Origin: Nitrospirota bacterium
GTDB lineage: Bacteria > Nitrospirota > UBA9217
Reading direction: 5' to 3'
NCBI GenBank assembly: GCA_041484215.1
Contig: JBGPHF010000001.1
Span: 1 to 29,692 of the forward strand
Length of the DNA stretch: 29,692 nt
In this document: in pieces, positions 1-11,000 of the stretch
Numbering within the stretch: the first letter of the stretch is position 1
Layout: each line of letters begins with the position of its first letter
Notes under the pieces: generated by a model
What the model was told of the DNA's origin: nothing
Database searches by the model: none
What the model saw: the letters and a program-made list of their open reading frames with translations, nothing else
Translations under genes and position numbers: made by a program

Positions 1-1
1 G

Positions 2-628
2 AAGCTCCTGCGCGTGCTGCAGGAGCAGGTGATCGAACGGGTCGGCGGCGGCAAGCCGATCAAGATCGAGGTGCGCGTCATAGCGGCCACGAACAAGAAC
101 CTCGAAAAAGCGGTTTCCGAAAAACTTTTCCGCGAAGACCTTTTTTACCGCCTGAACGTTTTCCCGATTACCATACCGCCGCTCCGCGAGCGCCGGGCCG
201 ACATCCCCCCTCTGGCCCAGCACTTTTTGACGAAGTACTCCGCGGAGGTAAGGAAAGGGCCGATTACGATCGCCGACGAAGCCATGGATATTCTCATGAA
301 ATGTCCCTGGAAAGGAAACGTGCGGGAACTTGAAAACGTGATCGAGCGCTCGGTCATTTACGCGGAGGGCGGTGTGATCCGCTCCCAGGACCTCGGCATC
401 AGCGAAGCGAACATTCTCGACGCCCTTGCCGAGCACGTCCCCATGGACGGTCCGCTGCACGCTGTCGCCGAGGCTGCAACGCGGATCGCCGAATCGCGCA
501 GGATCAGGCAGGTCTTGAAACAAACCGGCGGGAACAAGACCCGCGCCGCGGAAATACTCCAAGTAAGCTACAAGACACTCCTCACGAAGATCAAGGAATA
601 TCGCCTGGAGGAGAAGAGTGAAGAGTAG
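2..628 (+). CDS. sigma54-dependent (NtrC/Fis-family) transcriptional activator, 5'-truncated by the window edge
   Basis: Frame is open from base 2 (KLLRVLQEQ...). AAA+ activator motifs are present: [48 protein letters not shown]-terminal Fis-type HTH follows ([25 protein letters not shown]). The GAFTGA loop and N-terminal domain lie outside the window. Confidence 0.93.
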   Translation, partial: KLLRVLQEQVIERVGGGKPIKIEVRVIAATNKNLEKAVSEKLFREDLFYRLNVFPITIPPLRERRADIPPLAQHFLTKYSAEVRKGPITIADEAMDILMKCPWKGNVRELENVIERSVIYAEGGVIRSQDLGISEANILDALAEHVPMDGPLHAVAEAATRIAESRRIRQVLKQTGGNKTRAAEILQVSYKTLLTKIKEYRLEEKSEE

Positions 629-655
629 AAACTGACCCGAGAGAGTGCCCACACT

Positions 656-1834
656 ATGGTCAAATCAATGCAAAAATGTTTTTTCTCCAAAGCCATGAGA
701 AGCAGGTGGCGGGGCCGATGCGCGAGTGTCGTCGCTTTATTTTTGGTCCTGACCGCGCAGGGATATGCACCGGCTGCTGCGGCAGAGAGTGACCAAAAGT
801 CTGCCGTGGGCCAGGACGCGCATAAACAAATTGCGCGATTGGACAAGGAAGCGCAAGCCCTCTACGCGAAAGGCAGCGTGCAGGAAGCCGTCGTTGTCTG
901 GGGAAAAGCGGTCGAACTCGCAGGCGTCGGAGAGGCCGAAAACCCTTCGCAGGTTGAAATGATGACCCGGTTGTTTTCGGCGTATGCAAGAATGGGCAGC
1001 CAATATTTTCCCCTTGCTGAAAAATTAATCGAGCGCGTTATCAGCGTCGATCCCAATGTGTCGACTGCCTATCTGGTCCAGGGAGACATTTGTTTCGAGA
1101 ACGGTGAAATAGAATGCGCACTCGGCAACTACGATCTGTTGCTTCATCTGAACCCTGAATATGCGAATGCCGTCAGGGTGAACCAGAAAATACAGGCTCT
1201 GGAAGGGTTGAAAAATAAGCCGTCCCGAACGCTCACTCGGCCCGACGGATATCGCGGTAAATATGTCTATCATATAAAAGCCGAAGTCGATTGGCCCGGT
1301 TTTGATTTTTATGTGACCACGGACATGGATTTCTACCTCTCGCGCATCGATATTCTTCGGGGGAACGACGCGATGATATTTCAATCGCTGCTGTTCGAGG
1401 ATTCCGACATCCAGTGCAAAGCCCCCGCAGGCGGCGAAAAATCGTTCGAGGTGAAGGATTTTAACGGAGACGGGTATAGTGACGTAAAAATATTCTGCCC
1501 TTCGGGTGAAGCAGGGAAAGGGTATCTTTATTTCCTTTACGACAGGAAGAGCGCCCTCTTTATGCTTTTTAACGGCGGTATGCTTCCCGATCAAGCGCGC
1601 GGTCGCGGCGCACGGGAAATACGCACCTATGAAAGGCCGAGCGAGACGGAACCGCGCGGGGTGGAAAGGGTCTATGCGCTGTCAGGGGGAAAACTTGTTT
1701 TAATAAAAGAGGTTATACAAGGAAAAGCGGAAATCCATGAGGGCAGGAAGGCTTACCGAAGAACGATCAACGAGCACAGACAGGATGAAATGACCGCGTC
1801 CAGTGAAGCGTGGGTTGCCGTTGAAGGGAAATAA
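656..1834 (+). CDS. Secreted TPR-containing protein with a C-terminal DxNxDG calcium-binding beta-rich domain (XAC2610-like pattern)
   Basis: Basic-then-hydrophobic N-terminus (RWRGRCASVVALFLVLTAQGYAPAAAA) resembles a Sec signal. TPR-like helices follow (AYLVQGDICFENGEIECALGNYDLLLHLNP). C-terminal half has KDFNGDGYSDVKI...YLYFLYD. The true start may be a later ATG. Confidence 0.6.
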   Translation: MVKSMQKCFFSKAMRSRWRGRCASVVALFLVLTAQGYAPAAAAESDQKSAVGQDAHKQIARLDKEAQALYAKGSVQEAVVVWGKAVELAGVGEAENPSQVEMMTRLFSAYARMGSQYFPLAEKLIERVISVDPNVSTAYLVQGDICFENGEIECALGNYDLLLHLNPEYANAVRVNQKIQALEGLKNKPSRTLTRPDGYRGKYVYHIKAEVDWPGFDFYVTTDMDFYLSRIDILRGNDAMIFQSLLFEDSDIQCKAPAGGEKSFEVKDFNGDGYSDVKIFCPSGEAGKGYLYFLYDRKSALFMLFNGGMLPDQARGRGAREIRTYERPSETEPRGVERVYALSGGKLVLIKEVIQGKAEIHEGRKAYRRTINEHRQDEMTASSEAWVAVEGK

Positions 1835-1899
1835 GAAGCGCGGTTGCGGAAAAAAAACCGGTTAACGTGCGAAGCAAAAGTAAAAACAATTGACTGTGT

Positions 1900-3977
<2,078 letters not shown>

Positions 3978-4007
3978 TACCGGAGTTCGGACGGAAGGGT
4001 GTGCTGA

Positions 4008-4850
4008 ATGACCGCAATGATCGACAAGTCATCCGGAAACGGTGACAGGAAGTATCGCCGGAAGGCCGTGAGAAAAACCGGACCTGCTCAGATATTGCTC
4101 GTTGACGATACGGAGCTCCTCTACCAATATGCCAAGACCCTTTCCGAATCCTATCGAGTCGTCACGGCCCAGACCGGCCGCGTTGCGATCGAGCGGGTAA
4201 AACGGCGCGGCGACATTGACCTCGCGGTCATCGAATACCGGCTGCCCGATATGTCCGGCATCGAGGTCATGAAAGAGATCAAGGACATTGAGCCCTCCGT
4301 TCTCGTTATCATCGCTACGGCATACGGCGACGAGGACGTGGCGGTCGAGGCATTCAGGAGCGGCGCCCGCGATTACCTCAAGAAGCCCTTCAGCATATCC
4401 GAGCTTTCCACGAAGATCGACTTCTATCTCGCCCTCAGGCAAGCGGATAAACAGCGCAGAAAGAACATCCTTCCCGGGTCCGGGACGCCGTCGCAGTCAG
4501 GAACGCCTTCCACCGTCACCCTCAGCCGGTATCATAAGATCCAGCAGGCAGTTCGTTTTATCAATGACAACTACCGTACCGATATCCGCCTCGACGTCGT
4601 TGCCGGGGAGGCCGGCATGTCCCCCGCCCACCTTTCCAGAATATTCAAGAAGGTAATGGGCTTGTCCTATCAGGATTATCTCAATAACCGAAGAATCACG
4701 AAGGCCAAGAACCTTCTCCTCACCAGCGCCCAGAACGTAGCCGAAATCGCCGTCTCCGTGGGTTTTTCCGATCCGACCGGTTTCGGCAGAATTTTCAAGA
4801 AGCTGACCGGCCATACGCCTTCCGCCTTCAGAAGCCTGCCCCTGAAGTAA
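4008..4850 (+). CDS. Response regulator: receiver domain plus AraC/XylS-family HTH, with an atypical receiver (Glu76 at the phospho-acceptor position)
   Basis: Receiver motifs ILLVDD, DLAVIEYRLPDMSG, IIATAYG and DYLKKPF. AraC domain runs IQQAVRFINDNY...LDVVAGEAGMSPAHLSRIFKK...AKNLL...VAEIAVSVGFSDPTGFGRIFKKLTGHTPSAFR. SD-like GGAAGG lies upstream. Confidence 0.93.
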   Translation: MTAMIDKSSGNGDRKYRRKAVRKTGPAQILLVDDTELLYQYAKTLSESYRVVTAQTGRVAIERVKRRGDIDLAVIEYRLPDMSGIEVMKEIKDIEPSVLVIIATAYGDEDVAVEAFRSGARDYLKKPFSISELSTKIDFYLALRQADKQRRKNILPGSGTPSQSGTPSTVTLSRYHKIQQAVRFINDNYRTDIRLDVVAGEAGMSPAHLSRIFKKVMGLSYQDYLNNRRITKAKNLLLTSAQNVAEIAVSVGFSDPTGFGRIFKKLTGHTPSAFRSLPLK

Positions 4851-4869
4851 TTTTATTTGCCAAAAAAAG

Positions 4870-4905
4870 CATAAGAAGCCGTGAGCATGTCATAAAAAGC
4901 CGAGA
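4870..4905 (+). promoter_or_regulatory. Direct repeat with 21-bp period, candidate AraC-family operator
   Basis: CATAAGAAGCCGTGA at 4870 and CATAAAAAGCCGAGA at 4891 are 13/15 identical, with starts 21 bp apart. The second copy overlaps a -35-like GAGACA. Confidence 0.55.
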
Positions 4906-4931
4906 CAGAAACGATTAATATCTGGTAGAGT
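4902..4931 (+). promoter_or_regulatory. Putative activator-dependent sigma70-type promoter for the adhesin operon
   Basis: -35-like GAGACA (4902-4907), 18-bp spacer, -10-like TAGAGT (4926-4931) with an extended TG at 4923-4924. Confidence 0.4.
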
Positions 4932-5074
4932 TATCCTAGAGCGGACTTTCCGGTCACAGCAGCGCAGGCAGCGGATCCTGCGAGGAAAGGATGTGAAGGG
5001 GTTATCGGGGTTCGTATCCAGTTCTCCAGGTCTACTGCCAATTCCGCCACGGCAGTGATTTCTCAATACGGACT

Positions 5075-8000
5075 ATGTCACAGCCTATGAGAGAACAGGA
5101 AAAGCTTCGGATGTGTTCGAACCACAAGGCTTGGCGGGAAAGTTTCCTTACGGCCCTGGCGGCACGCGCCAGGTTCGGTTTCCCGCTGCTGCTCCTTTTC
5201 GCCCTGGCGCTGGGAAACGCCCATTCCGCGCAGGCGGCGACGGTTCTGTGCTCCCAGTTCAGCGAAGGCGGAGTCCCGGGTATCGTTGACGGTTTTGATC
5301 CCGCTACTCTCGCAATTATTCAATCCTCTTCCACGTTCGGGATCGACATGAACTGCACGGTAAAGAATTTTCCGCAGTCCATGGGTGGGTTTCCGATCAC
5401 GAATATCAACTTCAATTTCCCCGGGCAGCAATCGTTTTACATAGTTTTCGACAATGTTTATTACCCGGGCAACATGTCGTGTAACGACCCGACGCAATCA
5501 ACCTTCTGGATCTACTGGGCGCCCGGCGGGTTTAACAACATCAGTTCGAAATGCCAGTCATTTATGGTGCCGGTGGACGCAGTTCTGAAGCAGGACCCCC
5601 CGGCACAGAGCACGGCCGCCATCGGTGTGCCCTTTACCTATACGATCACGGCGCCGCTCCTGGGCCAACTGGATTCAACCGGCACCTTCCAGTATGTCGC
5701 CAACTTTGACACCAACGATATAGCAAATGTCGTTATCACCGACGATCTCACCACGAATCCGGGTGTGGCTCTGAGCTATGTGACGAACACCGCCTACCTG
5801 GTGAGTTCGAGCGGTATCAGAACACCGATGGGCACGCTGACGCTGGGCGCAAGCAGTACTTGGCTGACTAATCACCCGGGTATTTTGTCGGATACTACGA
5901 AGCATCTTGTCTTCTCGTATGAAAATAATTCGTCTCTCGCTTCGATCCCGGCCGGAAATCACATTGAGATCGACCTCACGGTCATCCTCGATAACAATCC
6001 GACGACCGTGAACGTGGCCGGGACGCAGTTCAGCAACACCTCCAATGCGTGGTTCAACAAAACGATCAATTCGACTCCCCTAGTCGATCTCCAGGCGTGG
6101 CCCGGCACCACGCCGGTGATGACTATTATCGAGCCCAATCTCCAGGTCACCAAGACGAGCACGGCGACGAACCTGAATGTGGGGACCAGGGCGCCCTATA
6201 CCATCAACGTCCAAAACACCGGCAGCAGCGATGCCTGGAACGCGACGATCACCGACAATATCCCCGCCGGCATGTGCGCTTTCGACCCCACGTCCACGGT
6301 CACCGCGCGGATCTTTGCGGCTGACGGCACCACCCTGGTCTCTAATCTGGTCAACGGCGCCGATTTCTCCGTCACTTGGAACGGCGGTACCGCGTCCGCG
6401 TGCCAGCTCAGTCTGGCCATGCTTACGGCCGCGGCCAAGATCGGGCCCACCCAACGCCTGATCATCAACTACCAGGCCATGCTCGACGTCGGTATCTCAT
6501 CCGGAACATTTACCAACGTTGCCGGCGCCACCCAGTGGTTCAGTGCCGCCAATCCCCCCTATACCGGCCGCCGGGAATACGACCGGATACTCACCAACGG
6601 CACACCGGGGGTAGCGGATTTCCAAGACGCCTACACCGTCACGGCTGCAGTTGCCGGTTATTTCTTTTTAAAGTCGGTCCAGGACCTTACCACCGGGGTC
6701 TCTACGTATTCAGCCGCCACGCCCCTTACGGCCTTTTCAGGTGACCGCGTGCGCTACACGCTGCAACTCCAGAACTTTAACATCCCCGAGCTCGACACCA
6801 TCGTTATCACGGACGACCTGGGCGCCCAGAACGCATCGGCGGTCTTCGTCTCGGGGACGCTCTCGCTCGCCGGCAGCAACCTCCCCGCGGGCAGCACACT
6901 AACCATCAATCCCACGGGCGGCACGAACGGAGCAGGCACCGTTACGATCAGCGGCCTGACGCTGAAGTCCGGAGACCAGTACCAAGTCCAGTTCGATGTC
7001 ACGCTGGCTTCGCCGCTCGCGAACGGCACAATCGTCACCAACCAGGCGAACATCACCGGCACCAATGTGTCCGGCGCCGTGTCCGGCGTCAGTGATGACC
7101 CGCACATCAACGGCCCGGCCCTGCTCGGTACAACCGGTGATGAAACCCCCATCACGATCCAGGCGCCCGGGGCGCTCTCGAAGACGTCGCCTATCCCGGC
7201 CACCGCGACAATCGGTCAGCAGTTCAGCTATCTCATCACGGTGCCCGCGACCCCGGTCAGCATGCCTTTGTACGATGTGCAGATACAAGACACGCTGCCC
7301 CCCAACGTGAGTTTTGTGAGCGCACAGATGCAATCCGGCGGCGCCTGGAACCTGACCGGCACCGGCACTGCCCCCCTGATTATCAAGGATCCCACTACCG
7401 GCGGCATCGATATTCCCGCGAACGGCCAGGCGGTTGTCCGGGTGACGGTGGCCTTGCAGAACACTATCACGAACATCAGCGGCGTGTCGTTTACCAACAG
7501 CGCAACGTACACCTACGACAAGAGCAACGGCGCCAGTTCCACGCAAGGGACCGGCGCCGCGGGTACGGCCAACATGAACATTATCGAACCGCACCTGACC
7601 GCCGCGAAGACGGTGAGCTATGCCTCGCCGTCGGGCCAGGCGATAACCGTTCCTGCCAGGGTAGGCGACATTCTCCAATATAGGGTCACTGTCACGAATA
7701 ACGGAAACTCCGAAGCGTTTGATGCCGATGTCATCGACACATTGCCGTCGAACCTACTGCTCAACGGCACTCCTGCGGCGCAGATCAACGGCGTTTCGGT
7801 CGCGGGTTTTATACCGACGCCGGCCACTCTGCCCGGCGGAACCGTGGCGTGGGGCAGCCAGTATAACAACGACGACAGCCTCGACATCCCCGTTGGGCAG
7901 TCGCTGGTGCTGACTTTTCAAGCGCAAGTGCTGTCGGTGGACGGCTCATCGATCAGCAACACAGCCTGGGCGGCTTGGACCTCGCTTGACGGCGGAATCT

Positions 8001-11000
8001 CCGGAGAACGCACCGGCAGCGGTTGCCCCGCGGTCACGTCACCGAACAATTATTGCACTTCTCCGGCCGCTGCCATCCCGGTTCCCACGGTCGATCCGAC
8101 CAGCTTCGCCAAATCGGTGGTCTCTGACACCTGGACTACTGCACCAAGCACGGGCACGGACTCGACCTTGCGCGTCGGCGACACCGTCGTTTATAGCCTC
8201 GCCCTGACACTGCGCGAAGGGGTGACTCAGAATGTGGTGGTCACCGATCAGCTGCCTGCTAACCTTGCCTTCGACAGCATGGTGAGCATCGCCCCTGCTT
8301 CGGGCGGCAACTTCACCTATGCCGTGTTTACCCAACCAACGGCCGGCGACACCGGCACACTGACCTGGAATCTGGGAAACATCACCAATGCCGTTGACAA
8401 CAACGCTGCCAACAACACCATTGTCATCGAATACCGCGTACGGGTAATGAATACGGTTGCGCAGACACCCACCGTGCGGGCGTTGCTAAATAACGCCACG
8501 CTCTACTACTCCATTAACAGTGTTGCAGCGACGAAGACCGCCGGCGCGACGATCAATCTTTGGCAGCCGATGCTAAGCGTGTCCAAGAGCGCGGCTCCCG
8601 GAGGCGGCGGCACCGTCATCAGCGCCGGCGAACTCATTACGTATACCGTCAACATCACGAACAACGGCTCGGCGCCCGCCTATAACACCGTGCTCACCGA
8701 TACGCTGCCGGTCGGTCTGCGTCAGGCCGGGGTGACCACCACCTCCATCACGCTGGTCAATGCGGGTACGGTACTGCCTGCGCTGAATGCCCCGTATTTT
8801 TCGTATAACAACGCGACGGGTGTTGCGACCTGGAACTTCGACACCGGTGTCGCCGGCGCCTACGCCGTCCCGCCAGGCGAGACCCTGCGCGTGGTCTATC
8901 AGGTCACGGCCGACGGCACGCTCGGTGCGGGCACGACACTGAACAATCAGGCGCTGGTCCAGCATTACTACTCGTTGGACAGTCAAGACCCGAACGGCGG
9001 GTATCGAAAGGATTACTTCGCGACCAGTCCTTCCGTCGCCCAGTTGACCTCCGTGTCGCCGATGGCGCTGTCGAAGAATGCCCTGGTGACGACGGCTGCG
9101 ATCGGCCAGCCCTTCACCTATCAAATCATGATTCCGTCTTCGCCGCAGCCTACCGCGTTGTACGACGTGCACGTCACGGATAATCTGAGCCTGGCAACGA
9201 CCGGCGTGTCCCTGAGTTTTGTGAGCGTCAATGCGCATCTCGTATCGAACACGCAGTCCTGGGCGACGTTGAGCAATTCGGGGACTGCCGTCAATCTCAA
9301 CCTGTCGGACCCGGCCAACGGCTTGGATATCCCTGCCAACGATCAACTCGTGGTCAGCATCACCGTTGTGCTTACCAACGACACCGTCAACAACACGATA
9401 GGAAAGGTGTTCCAGAACACCGCGAACTACACGTTCGACAGCATCAATAACGACACGACTTCGGTGAAGAACGGCGCTCCGGGGACCAGCGGTTCCATCA
9501 CCATCGTCGGCCCTGTTCTGATCATGCAGAAGAGCGGCCCGGGCACGATGCATGTGGGGCTGCTCGGCGCTTTTACGTTAAACGTGCAGAATACCGGCGG
9601 CAGCACCGCCTGGAACACGACCCTCACGGATATCCTTCCGAACGTGACGAGTCCCCCGACGGGCGGCATGTGCGGTTCCGCGCCGACCAGCATTACGGCG
9701 AGGATTTACCAGGCCGATGGGGTCACCCCTGTCTCCGCTCAACTGGTGAGCGGCACCGACTTCTCCGTTAGCTTCGCGGGTGCGCCTACCTGTACCTTGA
9801 CGCTTGCCATGAAGTCGTCCGCAGCGGTAATTCCGGCGACGGATCGCCTGATCGTTACCTATAGCGTCTCGCTAGACCCCAACACGGCCAGCGGTATGGC
9901 GCTGACGAACATTGCCGGCGCGACCCAGTGGCTGAGCGCCGATCCCGCTGTCACCGCCTCGGGGAACGTGGCTACGTATCCCGGCCCGCTGACGAACGGT
10001 ACGCCGGGCGTATCGGATAATCAGGATGCCTTCACGGTGACCACCGAATCGCCGGTGCTGACTTTCACGAAGACCGTGTACGACGTGACAACCGGCCAGT
10101 CCGGCGCCAACGCCAAACCCGGTGACACGCTGAAGTACACCCTGACGATCCAGAACCTCAGTCCGGTAAATGCGACGAACTTCTCGTTGACGGACGAGTT
10201 GGACAAACTGAATACGACCGCCATGTTCGTGCCGGGTAGCCTGATTCTCCTCACCGTTCCCACGGGTGCGAATACCACACTGACCTCTGCGACCGGCGGG
10301 ACCAAGGGCACGGGGCTGGTGAGTATCAGAAACCTGAGCATCGATCCGCAGGGCGGCGCCAACGACAAACTGGTCATCGAGTTCCAAGCTGCCTTGACGC
10401 CGGTGATCACCAGCGGCGCCATCGTTCTGAATCAGGCGCAGACCGGCTCGTCCATACTGCAAACGCAGTTGAGCGACGATCCGTCCATCACCGGGACCGC
10501 CAATCCGACCCAGACGCTCATCGCGTCGGCGCCGGCATTCCGTGTGCTGAAGACGGTACAGGATATTACGTCCGGCGCCTCCACCGTCATGGCGGGCGAC
10601 ACCTTGCGCTACACCATCACGGTGAAGAACATCGGCACCGAGAACGCGGTAGGCGTGACATTGCGCGATCTGGTCCCGGCGTACACGACCTACGTGGCCA
10701 ACAGTACCAAATTGAACGGTGCGGCTGTGGCTGATTCCGGCGCCGGCGTCAGCGCGCTGCAAAACGGCATGTTGATAAACTCGCCCGCGAACCTGACAGC
10801 GGGAGCCATGCCCGCGAATGCGGGCGCGACGACGACCAATGTGGCCACGATCACGTTCAATGTACAGATTAGCCAGAACGTGGTCAACGGCACGATTATC
10901 TCCAACCAGGGCTTTGTGGACGGTTCCGGCACAAATGGACCTTTCCCCGAACTACCTTCCGACAACCCGGCGACTCCCATACCGAACGATCCGACGTCGG

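Noticed and set aside
4930-5060. Riboswitch resemblance: TTATCCTAGAG and TGCCAATTCC recall SAM-I fragments, CCGCCAC recalls cobalamin elements, and c-di-GMP-I was also considered
   Set aside because: The core conserved elements are missing (SAM-I GAGGGA/GGCCC/GCAAC, cobalamin AGGGAA, c-di-GMP GCAAA), and the downstream gene is not a matching metabolic gene. An Rfam scan would settle it.
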